Part shown: positions 1 to 9,273 of the stretch, one piece after another
Numbering within the stretch: position 1 is the stretch's first letter
Layout of the letters: each line of letters begins with the position of its first letter
DNA from: Thermoproteus sp.
GTDB lineage: Archaea; Thermoproteota; Thermoprotei; Thermoproteales; Thermoproteaceae
DNA length: 40,333 bases
Direction of reading: 5' to 3'
Assembly: GCA_049976425.1 (NCBI GenBank)
Contig: JBMFIG010000013.1
Coordinates: 1-40,333 of the forward strand
Notes under the pieces: generated by a model
What the model was told of the DNA's origin: nothing
The model's database searches: none
Seen by the model: the letters and a program-made list of their open reading frames with translations, nothing else
Position numbers and translations under genes: made by a program

Positions 1-272
1 CAAGCTGGCTACATGCTCGGCGCTCCTCAACATGCCGTCGTCCAGCGTGCATACGGGGATGCAGGAGGCGCTTGCGGGGGACAGATACCCGCCGCGGGTA
101 CTCCCCGCTGATCCCCGAATGATGGGAAGCACTGAAAGAAACGCAGACATGACACCGCCGAAAGCCTCTAGCGTGCCGACCGCCCCGAGGCTGGGGCGCC
201 TCCGGCGCCCTATATGCATAACGGGTCGGGATAATCTAAACGCTTCGGCCCGGCGCGCCCGCTTCTCTGCCG

Positions 273-755
273 TCAGTCCGCCTCTGCGCAGTCCACGGGG
301 GTCTTCGCGGCCTTCTCGACGACTTCCCTGATGCCGCGCCAGTGGGAGCCTTCCCAGTAGACCGAGCCGCAGTTGGGGCAGGCCCAGCATCTGTCGGAGC
401 GTATCGGGTGGCCGGCCCTCCTCTCGGCCTCTGCGCAGGGTATCTCCTCGAGCTCGGCGTTGCACTTGGGGCATCTGGTCTTCTCGAAGGGCTTTACGCC
501 GAGGGTGCGCATCAACGCCGATATCCAGACCACGTGGTCGTCTGTGATGAGCAGGACGGCGGGCCCTCTGCGCCTTCTGAAGAGCTCTCTGTCTCTGGTG
601 ACCAAGAGGCACGGCGTCTCGGCGAGCTCCTCGTCCGACTGCTCTCCGTACCTGGCGTCTACCCCGAGGATCCTCAACCATCTGGCTAGCCAACCGAGCA
701 TGGCGTCGACGGCGACACAACTGGGGGCCGCCCCGCCTTTGCGGAGGCAGGTCAC
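273..755 (-). CDS. Mut7-C (DUF82) PIN-like RNase with C-terminal Zn ribbon
   Basis: C-terminal half of ORF 273..1373: VDAMLGWLARWLRILGVD, LLVTRDREL, RCPKCN, CPNCGSVYWEGSHW. Likely GTG start at 755 overlaps the upstream stop (GTGA). Confidence 0.88.
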   Translation of the reverse strand: MTCLRKGGAAPSCVAVDAMLGWLARWLRILGVDARYGEQSDEELAETPCLLVTRDRELFRRRRGPAVLLITDDHVVWISALMRTLGVKPFEKTRCPKCNAELEEIPCAEAERRAGHPIRSDRCWACPNCGSVYWEGSHWRGIREVVEKAAKTPVDCAEAD

Positions 756-2623
756 CACGTGGAGAAGGCGGCCTTTATCTCGTCCCAGCCCATGGGCTGT
801 CCCGAGCCCCACTCGCCGATTGTCGACGGGCCTGGCAACGCGGCGATTATCTCGTCGATCAGTTGCTCGGCCTTCCACCTCCTCGCGATCTCCTTGGCGA
901 CTCTGCTCTTCTCGCCAGAGCCCGGCGTGACGACCACGTACCTCTCCGCCAACGCGGCTATGGACTTGGGCGGCGCCGCGACGATCCGCCTCACGCCTCC
1001 GTCGTCCCTCATCCCGACGGCCAGCTCCAGCCTCACGTGCCGTATGTAGTTCTTTGAGCCATATATCATGAAGCTCCCCCTTGCCAGGTACTCCCCAGAC
1101 GGCGGCTGTTTGCTGACCTGCCTCCCGGGGACGTAGAACACGTCGACCGCGTGTATCCCGGCCCTCCAAGCCCTGCTGTAGGAAGCCGCGAACTGGGCCA
1201 GCTCGAGCAGAGCCGCCTCGTCTTGCGTCGGCTTGGCCACCACGGCGGAGGCCCCAGGCACGTCTGCGTGGAAGAACAGGTAGTCGTCTTTCAGGTATCG
1301 GCGCACCGCCGCCTCGTTCTGCGACGCGTCTCTCCCCCCTATGGCGGGCACGCGGCCGAGGGCGAGGAACCACCTGAACTTCTCGAACCAGGCCCTCTCG
1401 GCGGCTTTCCTCACGCGCTCCGCCACGGCCCTCTCGGCCTCGGCGCGCTCGCCCTCGACCTGCGCCAGCTCCTCCTCCAGCCTCTTGAGCGCCTCCTCGG
1501 CCTTGGCGGCCCTCCTGGCGTAGTCCTTCGCCTCCTCGAACACCTCCTCTATCTGTCTGCCCACAGGCCGGTCCAGCCTCAGCTTGAACCTCAAGCCGGA
1601 GTGTTCGAGGACCGCCTCCTTGTTCGCCCTGTTTACGTCTAGTATACGTATACTTGCCCCCACCTCCTCGTTGCGCAATATTGCCCGTATCGCCTCCTCC
1701 AGCTCGTACTTCAGCGAGAGCATGGTCTTGGCCAACGAGTACAGCTCCTCGCTCCTCTTCCTATACTCCTGTATCTCCCCCCTCAGCTTGGCGATGGACT
1801 GCTCCAGCTTGGCCTTCTTGGCCTTGAGCTCGGCCGTCTTGAGCTCCACGGCTTTCCTGAGCTCGACGTCGGCGAAATATCTGTCCAACGCCTTCCAGAA
1901 CGCGTCGTATTCCTCCTCCGACTCGGCCCTCACCGATATGTACTTGACGGGGGTGACCGTGACGGGGACGCCGCCGGCCATATACACTGTGGGCCTCAAC
2001 TGCCCGCCGGAGACCTCCTCGACGAGGTCCCTAAGAGCCCTCAGGGCAGCCTCGGCGTCGCCTGAGGACCTGGCGTAGATCTCCTCGGCGACTTCCGGGC
2101 CTAGGCCCAGCTCCCTCGACAACGCCTTCTTGACGTCCTGCGCCCTTCTCAAGACCTCGGCCGCCTCCTCGGCTCTGGCCAACGGGTCCACGTAGGGCAT
2201 GGGGGGAGGCGTGTAGGGCGCGCCCGCCTTGACCTCGCGGTCCTTGCCTCTGTAGTAGTGGTCGAGCCAGATCACCTTGCCGTCCCTCACCGCTATCAGG
2301 TTGAAGGGTCTCAGAAGCTCCGCCACCAGCTCAACGTCGCCGAATTTGAGGACCAGCAACTTGTCGAACCTCGGCAGGTAGACGTCGGTGAGCCTCTCGT
2401 CGCGTATGAGTCCCCTTAAAGTCTCGGCGCCTCTGTAGTCGCGCTCGCCGACGGTTCCCGTTAGCGAGGCCCTAGCCTCGTTCACCGTCAGGTAGACGCC
2501 TCCGGAGAACTTGAATAGATATCCAGAGGATGTTGTATATATATTCTCGACTCGCCTCCCCACTAGGCTTTTGATCTCCCTCGCCGAGGCGTATAGATCT
2601 ACGACCGTCAACGAGGTCTTCAC
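752..2623 (-). CDS. rqcH: Ribosome quality control factor Rqc2/RqcH (NEMF/NFACT family)
   Basis: NFACT-N start (VENIY, RFDK), coiled coil, WFEKFRWF, GGRDASQNE, FFHADVPGAS, QVSKQPPSGEYLARGSFMIYG. Confidence 0.93.
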   Translation of the reverse strand: MKTSLTVVDLYASAREIKSLVGRRVENIYTTSSGYLFKFSGGVYLTVNEARASLTGTVGERDYRGAETLRGLIRDERLTDVYLPRFDKLLVLKFGDVELVAELLRPFNLIAVRDGKVIWLDHYYRGKDREVKAGAPYTPPPMPYVDPLARAEEAAEVLRRAQDVKKALSRELGLGPEVAEEIYARSSGDAEAALRALRDLVEEVSGGQLRPTVYMAGGVPVTVTPVKYISVRAESEEEYDAFWKALDRYFADVELRKAVELKTAELKAKKAKLEQSIAKLRGEIQEYRKRSEELYSLAKTMLSLKYELEEAIRAILRNEEVGASIRILDVNRANKEAVLEHSGLRFKLRLDRPVGRQIEEVFEEAKDYARRAAKAEEALKRLEEELAQVEGERAEAERAVAERVRKAAERAWFEKFRWFLALGRVPAIGGRDASQNEAAVRRYLKDDYLFFHADVPGASAVVAKPTQDEAALLELAQFAASYSRAWRAGIHAVDVFYVPGRQVSKQPPSGEYLARGSFMIYGSKNYIRHVRLELAVGMRDDGGVRRIVAAPPKSIAALAERYVVVTPGSGEKSRVAKEIARRWKAEQLIDEIIAALPGPSTIGEWGSGQPMGWDEIKAAFSTW

Positions 2624-3456
2624 TAGACGAGCCTTACGCCGTGTTTTTCAAGGATTTCCTTCATGAGGAGGGCGTCTTGATCCAGCAGAGGCGACTCGCA
2701 GATGAGCGTTATCGCCATGTCCCTCTTGCTCAGCTCCTCGGCCAGCGGCTCGAAGGGAGGCATGTTGGCCGATATCGGCTCGTGCTCGTCGACGTATCTG
2801 CCGTTCCTGTACTTGACCGAGGTGAAGTGCGTGTGCATGTGCTCGTCGCCGAAGGTCGTGCGCCAGAGGTCCAACACGCTTCCGTAGTCTATAGTCCCGC
2901 CGTTTCTGGCGTAGAGGTGTCCCCAGTCCACCACGGGCCTCACCCTCTTGAGCTCCTTGGCTAGCCCGAACGCCTCCTCCACGCTGCCGAACTGGTTGTT
3001 CCTGGCCGTTATCTCGACGCCTATGAACACGTCGTCTATCCCCTCGTCTAGCATCTTGTCGGTCAGCTCGCCTAAACGCTCCTTCACCGCATCGTAGCAC
3101 TTGTCGGGCCCCAGCTTGCCGTAATACGCGGCGTGGACCACGACGATCCAAGCCCCCATTCTGTGGGCCCTATCTACGGAGTCCCAGAGCCTCTTGATAG
3201 AGGCCTCGACCTTCTCGGCCTCGTCGGAGCAGAGGTTTATGAAGTAGGGCGCGTGGACCGAGAGCTTGACGCCCAACTCCCTCGCGGCCTCGCCGGCCCT
3301 CTCGGCGGCCTCCACGCCCATCCTAACGCCTTGGACGAACTCGACCTCCATGGCGTTTAGGCCCAGCTCCTTGACGGCTCTGATGCCCTCGACGGTGTCC
3401 TTGGCCCTCTTCGCGTACTTAGGGATCCCCGCGGGGCCTAGCCAGACCCTGGCCAC
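2623..3456 (-). CDS. nfo: Endonuclease IV / AP endonuclease family 2 (TIM barrel)
   Basis: LGPAGIP, MEVEFVQG, SVHAPYFINL, VVHAAYYG, DWGHLYAR, HTHFT, ICESP. Confidence 0.9.
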   Translation of the reverse strand: MARVWLGPAGIPKYAKRAKDTVEGIRAVKELGLNAMEVEFVQGVRMGVEAAERAGEAARELGVKLSVHAPYFINLCSDEAEKVEASIKRLWDSVDRAHRMGAWIVVVHAAYYGKLGPDKCYDAVKERLGELTDKMLDEGIDDVFIGVEITARNNQFGSVEEAFGLAKELKRVRPVVDWGHLYARNGGTIDYGSVLDLWRTTFGDEHMHTHFTSVKYRNGRYVDEHEPISANMPPFEPLAEELSKRDMAITLICESPLLDQDALLMKEILEKHGVRLV

Positions 3457-3475
3457 GGATATTCCGGAATTTGTT

Positions 3476-3751
3476 TTAAATAAACGGATCGTTGTCGATG
3501 GGATTATCCCTCGACGACTTGATCATGACAGCTCCGCCGTATAGCACGGCCATGCCTATTATGAGCGCAGGTGCCAGAATAGCGGACTCCTCCAGGGACT
3601 TGCTGAGCCGTAATCGCATACACAGACGTTCTCTGAGAAACATGCTTAGGAGAAAGGCTATGCCTACGGCGATGTATCCCGCCGCATTGCTGAGAGGCTT
3701 CGAACCGTCGACGACGCCTATGCCGTTATTTAAAACTGTCCGGAGGTCCAA
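3476..3751 (-). CDS. Possible small membrane protein or gene fragment
   Basis: 91-aa ORF with two hydrophobic segments filling the gap between nfo and truD. TTG start, no recognised family. Confidence 0.3.
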   Translation of the reverse strand: MDLRTVLNNGIGVVDGSKPLSNAAGYIAVGIAFLLSMFLRERLCMRLRLSKSLEESAILAPALIIGMAVLYGGAVMIKSSRDNPIDNDPFI

Positions 3752-3856
3752 TCGCCGTGATGCCGCGAGTTGAGGAAAACCGCCGAACGGCCTCTATATA
3801 TAGGATGTGCGTAGACGCCTCGCTGTCGGGCTATATAGTTAGGCGGAGGGACTGCC

Positions 3857-5092
3857 ATGAGGAAGGCGCCTAGCTTCGACGTATCTTTAGGTCTGGAGTG
3901 GTACATCACGGACACGCGCCCTTGCGGCGGCGTTATAAAGAGGGCGCCGGAGGACTTCGTAGTCGAGGAGATACTGGAGGGGGGTCTAGTGGTCTCCGTA
4001 TCTGGCTTCGGCGGGATTGGAGGGAGGCCGGGGCCCTGGCTTTGGGTGCATGTGGTGAAGCGCGATGTGGATACTCTGAAGCTTGTGGAGGCCCTGAGGA
4101 GGTCTCTGGGGCTGAGGAGGGGCGATATAGGCATAGGCGGGATAAAGGACGCGAGGGCAGTCGCGTCGCAGATAATATCGCTGTTCGGGATCAAGCCTGA
4201 GGATCTGCCGAAGATACCAGGCGTGGAATATAAAGGCTTTTGGTACGCGGACTCGCCAATATCGCCGTCGAGGATAGCAGGGAATAGGTTCACCTTGGTC
4301 CTGCGCGGCGCGGACATCGGATGTGTCGCCGAGGCCTTGAGGGCCTTAAAGGCGAGCCCTCTGCCGAACTACTACGGCTACCAGAGGTTCGGCACCGTGA
4401 GGCCCGTCTCCCACCTGTTGGGGAGAGCCTTAGTGCGGAGGGACCCCAACGAGTTTATCGAGGTCATGTTCTGCCGGGTCTTCGAGGCCGAGTCGCCAGC
4501 GGCCAGGGAGGCGCGCGAGCTGGCGTGTAGGGGCGACTACTCGGCCGCGTTGTCCAAGATGCCCAAGTCTCTCCTGGAGGAGAGGCGTCTGCTCAAGGCG
4601 CTCGCCTCGGGCGAGAATCCATGGAACGCGATAATGGCAGTGCCCTACAATATCTTGAAGATATTCGTGGAGGCGTACCAAGCCTACCTCTTCAACAAGA
4701 TGTTGAGCCTCAGGCTTGCCGACGGTCCCCTCGGAGCCGCCGACGATGACTTGGTCCTCGAGGGGGGCTATCCGGTCCTCGCCGCGAAGGCCAGCGATAG
4801 ACAGCCGGTGTTGCCGGTGCCGGGCTCGGGGCTTATAATACCCGAGAGCAGGGCCAGAGATTACCTGAGGAGGGTTTTGGGCGAGGAGGGGCTCGAGTTG
4901 AGGGACTTCGCCCTGTCCAGGGTAGGCGTCGTCGGGTCATATAGGCGCGTCTTCGTGTCGCCTGTCTGGATCTCCGAGGATCTCTCTGACGGCGTCGCCA
5001 AGCTCTCCTTCGACATGCCTAGGGGAAGCTACGCCACCGTCGTGCTGAGGGAGATAGTGAAGCCGGAGCTCCCGTATCGCCACGGCTTCTGA
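3857..5092 (+). CDS. truD: tRNA pseudouridine(13) synthase TruD
   Basis: PEDFVVEE, GIKDARAVASQ (catalytic Asp), GNRFTLVLR, PNYYGYQRFG, AYQAYLFN, GSYATVVLRE. Confidence 0.96.
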   Translation: MRKAPSFDVSLGLEWYITDTRPCGGVIKRAPEDFVVEEILEGGLVVSVSGFGGIGGRPGPWLWVHVVKRDVDTLKLVEALRRSLGLRRGDIGIGGIKDARAVASQIISLFGIKPEDLPKIPGVEYKGFWYADSPISPSRIAGNRFTLVLRGADIGCVAEALRALKASPLPNYYGYQRFGTVRPVSHLLGRALVRRDPNEFIEVMFCRVFEAESPAAREARELACRGDYSAALSKMPKSLLEERRLLKALASGENPWNAIMAVPYNILKIFVEAYQAYLFNKMLSLRLADGPLGAADDDLVLEGGYPVLAAKASDRQPVLPVPGSGLIIPESRARDYLRRVLGEEGLELRDFALSRVGVVGSYRRVFVSPVWISEDLSDGVAKLSFDMPRGSYATVVLREIVKPELPYRHGF

Positions 5093-5124
5093 AAATAGAT
5101 ATATTTAGGGGGGTCTTAGGTTTC

Positions 5125-5925
5125 GTGATAACGGCTCTAGGGCCAGATGCGCTCCCTGAGATAGAGAGAAAGGACGCGTTGATATTGTTGGCGGTCCACA
5201 GTTACATCCCGGTCCCCTCCAATCCCCGCCCCGAGATGATCGAGGCTATCTTGGAGAGGTTGCAGGGACGCGACATAACTATAACTTTCTCTATGTCTAA
5301 AAGTTATTTCGAAAAGGCAGTTAAGATATTGGGTTTAGAAAAGCTTGCGAGCAAATATAAAGCAAAAATAATACAAGTCCAAGGGAACGCCAAGGAGAAG
5401 ATAGAACTCATCTCGCCGACTGGGCGTAAGGTCCAAGTCAAGGCTCTGCCGCAAGCCTTCGACGAGTCCTTGATGAAGATAGCGTTGGCGATGCCGGTCA
5501 GCCACTCCCAAGTGATCCTCTACCTCAGCATGCCCACGGCGGCGCTCAACATCGTAGATCCCAAGGACTCGCAGAACCTCTACGAGGGCTTTAGGCCGCT
5601 CTACAAATACATAGCGGACATATACAAGATGGAGAGGAACTTCGTGTGCGTGATAGACGGCAAGTTCGTGGTCGAGGGAGACGGCCCCGTCAAGGGCTTC
5701 CAGAGATACTGGGGCTTGACCATATACGGCGACAACTGCGGCGAGGTCGACTACGCCACGTCGTGGGGTCTAGGCGTGCCGCCTTTCGATTTGGGCTATC
5801 TATATTTCTACTTCGACGGGAAGGAGCCCGCCGTGGACATACCGAAGATGTTGAGCGACAGCAAGACCAAGATAAAGCTGTCCTCCAACGTGGGGATACA
5901 GCTCAGTTGGAAACGCCAGCTCTAG
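5125..5925 (+). CDS. Divergent DUF362-like protein
   Basis: VIDGKFVVEGDGPVKG and VDYATSWGLG resemble the DUF362 C-terminal motifs. N-terminal motifs are degenerate. Confidence 0.6.
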   Translation: MITALGPDALPEIERKDALILLAVHSYIPVPSNPRPEMIEAILERLQGRDITITFSMSKSYFEKAVKILGLEKLASKYKAKIIQVQGNAKEKIELISPTGRKVQVKALPQAFDESLMKIALAMPVSHSQVILYLSMPTAALNIVDPKDSQNLYEGFRPLYKYIADIYKMERNFVCVIDGKFVVEGDGPVKGFQRYWGLTIYGDNCGEVDYATSWGLGVPPFDLGYLYFYFDGKEPAVDIPKMLSDSKTKIKLSSNVGIQLSWKRQL

Positions 5926-5926
5926 C

Positions 5927-5982
5927 GCGTCAGCCCGTCCGTCGTATATCACCGCTCAGACACCAACGCGTCGCATCATCGT
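5927..5982 (-). ncRNA. Box C/D methylation guide sRNA
   Basis: Minus strand: C ATGATGC (5979-5973), 13-nt guide, D' CTGA (5959-5956), C' GTGATAT (5952-5946), 12-nt guide, D CTGA (5933-5930). Intergenic, with an AT-rich promoter-like stretch near 5995-6009. Confidence 0.8.
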
Positions 5983-6028
5983 ATGATCCCACTGAAATAA
6001 ATTAAAAAACTCTCGGATCGGGCTCCTT

Positions 6029-6463
6029 ATGGCTAAGAGAGGCGGAAAGAGGCAGGTAGGCGCTGGCTACCGATTCCACGTCACTCCGGGCGTCTTCCTC
6101 AACAGCATGGTCTCCGTCGCCGACAACTCAGGCGCCAAGCTAGTCAAGGTCATAGGGGTGGTGGGCCACATAGCCAAGGGCACCCACAGGAGGGTCAAGG
6201 GCGCCGGCGTCGGCGATATGGTCGTCGTGGTAGTCAAGGAGGGCAAGCCGGAGCTGAGGAGGCAAGTCTTCAGAGCTGTCGTCGTGAGGCAGAGGAGGCC
6301 CTTCAGGAGGCCCGATGGGACTTGGGTCGCCTTCGAGGACAACGCTGTGGTTCTGATGACGCCTGAGGGCGATCCGAAGGGCACGGAGATAAGAGGCCCT
6401 GTGGCCATGGAGGCGGCTCTTAGATGGCCGAGCGTGGCCAATCTGGCCAGCATAGTCGTCTAG
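6029..6463 (+). CDS. rpl14: 50S ribosomal protein uL14
   Basis: [45 protein letters not shown]. Confidence 0.98.
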   Translation: MAKRGGKRQVGAGYRFHVTPGVFLNSMVSVADNSGAKLVKVIGVVGHIAKGTHRRVKGAGVGDMVVVVVKEGKPELRRQVFRAVVVRQRRPFRRPDGTWVAFEDNAVVLMTPEGDPKGTEIRGPVAMEAALRWPSVANLASIVV

Positions 6464-6470
6464 CCGGAAG

Positions 6471-7781
6471 ATGGAGCACAAGGTCAAGGATCTAACTCTG
6501 GCGCCTAGAGGCAAGCAGCAGATCTACTGGGCTGAGCGGAACATGCCGGTTTTGATGAGGATACGCGCCAGATTTGAACGCGAGAAGCCGCTGGCCGGAT
6601 TGACGGTCGCCGCGTCGTTGCACGTGACCAAGGAGACGGCGGTATTGGTGAGGACCCTGGCGGCTGGAGGCGCGCAAGTTATCCTGATACCCTCGAACCC
6701 GCTCTCGACCCAAGACGACGTGGCGGCCGCCCTAGCCGAGGAGGGGATAGGCGTATATGCTTGGAGGGGCATGAACGAGCGCGAGTACTACAACGCCATA
6801 GGCTTCGCCATATCCCACAACCCCGATCTGACGATGGACGACGGGGCCGACCTAACCGTGTCCTTGCACAAGCTGGCTCACGGCATCGCCGACAAGACTC
6901 TGGACTATGTGACCGAGGCGGCCAAAGGGGCCGACTTCATGAAGGTGGCGAAGAAGATAAGAGGAGGCACCGAGGAGACCACCACGGGGGTGATAAGGTT
7001 GAGGGCTTTACATAGGGAGGGGAGGCTGTTGTACCCGATAATAGCCGTCAACGAATCGTATACCAAACATCTATTCGACAACAGATACGGCACGGGCCAG
7101 TCGACGTGGGACGGCATAATGAGAGCCACCAACGCGCTTATAGCGGGCAAGGTCGTCGTCGTCGCAGGCTACGGCTGGGTGGGGAGAGGCATCGCCGCGA
7201 GGGCCAGAGGGCTGGGAGCCCGGAGGGTCATAGTCACCGAGGTTAACCCCATTAGGGCCCTCGAGGCCGTGTTCGACGGCTTCGAGGTCATGCCGATATC
7301 CCAAGCTGCGGAGATCGGCGACGTGTTCATAACGGCGACCGGCGACATACGCGTGATAGACCTAGACGACATATTGAGGATGAAGGACGGCGCGATTTTG
7401 GCTAATGCGGGCCATTTCAACGTAGAGATAGACGTCGAGGGCCTCGAAAGGATCGCCAAGTCCAAGAGGACTATAAGGCCCTATTTGGACGAGTACGAGC
7501 TACCCAGCGGCAAGAGGGTGTACCTAATAGGCGAGGGGAGGCTCGTCAACTTGGTGGCGGCGGAGGGCCACCCGAGCGAGGTCATGGACATGTCCTTCGC
7601 CAACCAAGCTCTTGCGGCCGAATATTTGGCCAAGAACAAGCTGGAGATCGGCGTCTACAAGCTACCCGACGAGCTGGATGCAGAGGTGGCGCGGCTGAAG
7701 CTCGAGGCCATGGGTATCAAGATTGACGAGCTGACCGAGGAGCAGAGAAAGTATATATCCAGCTGGGAGCTAGGCACTTGA
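6471..7781 (+). CDS. ahcY: S-adenosylhomocysteine hydrolase
   Basis: [58 protein letters not shown]. Confidence 0.97.
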   Translation: MEHKVKDLTLAPRGKQQIYWAERNMPVLMRIRARFEREKPLAGLTVAASLHVTKETAVLVRTLAAGGAQVILIPSNPLSTQDDVAAALAEEGIGVYAWRGMNEREYYNAIGFAISHNPDLTMDDGADLTVSLHKLAHGIADKTLDYVTEAAKGADFMKVAKKIRGGTEETTTGVIRLRALHREGRLLYPIIAVNESYTKHLFDNRYGTGQSTWDGIMRATNALIAGKVVVVAGYGWVGRGIAARARGLGARRVIVTEVNPIRALEAVFDGFEVMPISQAAEIGDVFITATGDIRVIDLDDILRMKDGAILANAGHFNVEIDVEGLERIAKSKRTIRPYLDEYELPSGKRVYLIGEGRLVNLVAAEGHPSEVMDMSFANQALAAEYLAKNKLEIGVYKLPDELDAEVARLKLEAMGIKIDELTEEQRKYISSWELGT

Positions 7782-7828
7782 TGAGCGGATTCTATCTCTG
7801 AGGGCTGATGTCACTGACCTGCGGCGAG
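7778..7828 (+). ncRNA. Box C/D sRNA overlapping the ahcY stop codon
   Basis: C TTGATGA (7778-7784, contains the ahcY TGA), guide GCGGATTCTATCT, D' CTGA (7798-7801), C' CTGATGT (7805-7811), guide with ACTGACCTGC, variant D GCGA (7824-7827). Confidence 0.65.
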
Positions 7829-8163
7829 CACCTCTTCAAGATGTCTCTGTAGAATCTGGCGAGGCGCCTCGCCTCTTGCATCCTCCTCACTAACGTAGTT
7901 AGGTCCGAGGGCGACACGCCACCGGAGCGCAATTCACCGTATAGACTCCTCAGCCTGGCGAGCTCGGAGGTGTAGTAGTCTAGAAACGCCTTGGCCTTAA
8001 GGCACTCGGTCGACTCCTCATCTCCGACATCGAGTTGATCTAGCCCTAAAACTCTCTTGACAGCCTCGCCCGAGTCGTCTCTACGTAGCGAGTCCAAGAC
8101 CCTTTCCACGGATATTCCGCCTAGGTATCTGCCGTATTTGGATACTATGAACTCTAGCTCCAT
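7792..8163 (-). CDS. Hypothetical helical protein
   Basis: 123-aa ATG ORF with host-like codon use, overlapping the upstream ORF. Confidence 0.7.
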   Translation of the reverse strand: MELEFIVSKYGRYLGGISVERVLDSLRRDDSGEAVKRVLGLDQLDVGDEESTECLKAKAFLDYYTSELARLRSLYGELRSGGVSPSDLTTLVRRMQEARRLARFYRDILKRCSPQVSDISPQR

Positions 8164-8399
8164 GGCGCGACTCTCTTGATAATCGCCTCGCCTAGATATT
8201 CCTCCTCCACCACCTCCACGGACTCCTCGGACTGCTCTACACTATCCTCAACATCCTCCTCTAGGTCCTCAACAAGCTCCTCGTCCTCCGCAACGGCCCA
8301 CCTGCCCCTACGGTCAACCGAAGTCGCGGGGATGTTGGCTAGCCGTGCGGCCTCCCTCGCCGCATCTATCCCCGACTCTAGGTATATCAGAGCTATCAA
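8154..8399 (-). CDS. Hypothetical small acidic protein
   Basis: 3' part of ORF 8154..8651. Probable TTG start near 8399 (uncertain). Long D/E-rich tract. Confidence 0.55.
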   Translation of the reverse strand: MIALIYLESGIDAAREAARLANIPATSVDRRGRWAVAEDEELVEDLEEDVEDSVEQSEESVEVVEEEYLGEAIIKRVAPWS

Positions 8400-8534
8400 T
8401 CTCAGCCTCTCGGCTAGTGACAAGTCTGCCAGCTTATGAAGATGAGCGACCAACCGCGCCTTGGCCTCCACAGAACGTAGAGGACCTCCGGATATAAGCG
8501 AAATAATTAAGAAATATTCGGTGGACTTTCCTAA

Positions 8535-8586
8535 AAGTGATGAGGACTTCAAGGGCTCTCGATGGCCGGCTATCGCCGCACTGAAA
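8535..8586 (+). ncRNA. Candidate box C/D sRNA
   Basis: Perfect C GTGATGA (8537-8543) and D CTGA (8581-8584). Internal D'/C' are degenerate. AT-rich TATA-like AATAATTAAG near 8502-8511. Confidence 0.55.
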
Positions 8587-8613
8587 GATAAAAGTCCGGC
8601 GTTGATCACCACT

Positions 8614-9273
8614 ATGGATATCAAAAATCTGGTTTCCGATGCGGGCGTCAAGGTGGCGTATCAGACCGTGCGGGGAATAAACAACGCGATAAGGCCCAAG
8701 GAGTTAGACGCTCTTATAAAATCTGCCGAGGAAGAAGTTAGAAATAAATATAAGATAGAAGACTTAAAAAATAATAAAATCATTAGAATATATAGAGATT
8801 TTTATTGGAAAGTTATAAAGATAGATCCGACCAAGCAACGTCCAGCTCAGGAGGCGTTGTTGCGTAGAGTGCTCCGCGGAGAGCCTCTGCCGAGGATAAA
8901 CCCGGCGGTGGATATAGGCAACGTAGCGTCGATAAAGTGGCTCCTTCCAGTGGGGCTCTACGACATAGACAAGATCGGTAGCGAGTCGTTGGAGCTTAGA
9001 TGGTCCAAGGGCGAGCTCTTCAGACCGATAGGAGGCAAGCCGGTTCAAGTAAACGGCCAGATAATACTCGCCGCTGGGGACGTGGTGTTGCATGTATATC
9101 CCTATAGGGATAGCGAGCTCACCAAGGTCGACGAAAGCACTAAAAACATATTGATAGTGGTTGCTGGGCTAAAAGAAATAGAGAACAACTCGCTTATCGA
9201 ATGCGCTAAATTTATTTCTACTAATTTCGAACAATTATTGGGAGGTAAAGCTGGTGAATTAAAAATTATTTGA
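8614..9273 (+). CDS. Stand-alone B3/B4 (PheRS-beta editing-like) domain protein
   Basis: YRDFYW, IDPTKQRPAQEALLRRVLRG, PRINPAVDIGN, GLYDIDKI, YPYRDS. ATG 8614 preferred over TTG 8461. Confidence 0.88.
   Translation: MDIKNLVSDAGVKVAYQTVRGINNAIRPKELDALIKSAEEEVRNKYKIEDLKNNKIIRIYRDFYWKVIKIDPTKQRPAQEALLRRVLRGEPLPRINPAVDIGNVASIKWLLPVGLYDIDKIGSESLELRWSKGELFRPIGGKPVQVNGQIILAAGDVVLHVYPYRDSELTKVDESTKNILIVVAGLKEIENNSLIECAKFISTNFEQLLGGKAGELKII

Noticed and set aside
756-1373. N-terminal ~200 aa of ORF 273..1373
   Set aside because: Out-of-frame shadow of rqcH. Mut7-C similarity starts only after about 755.
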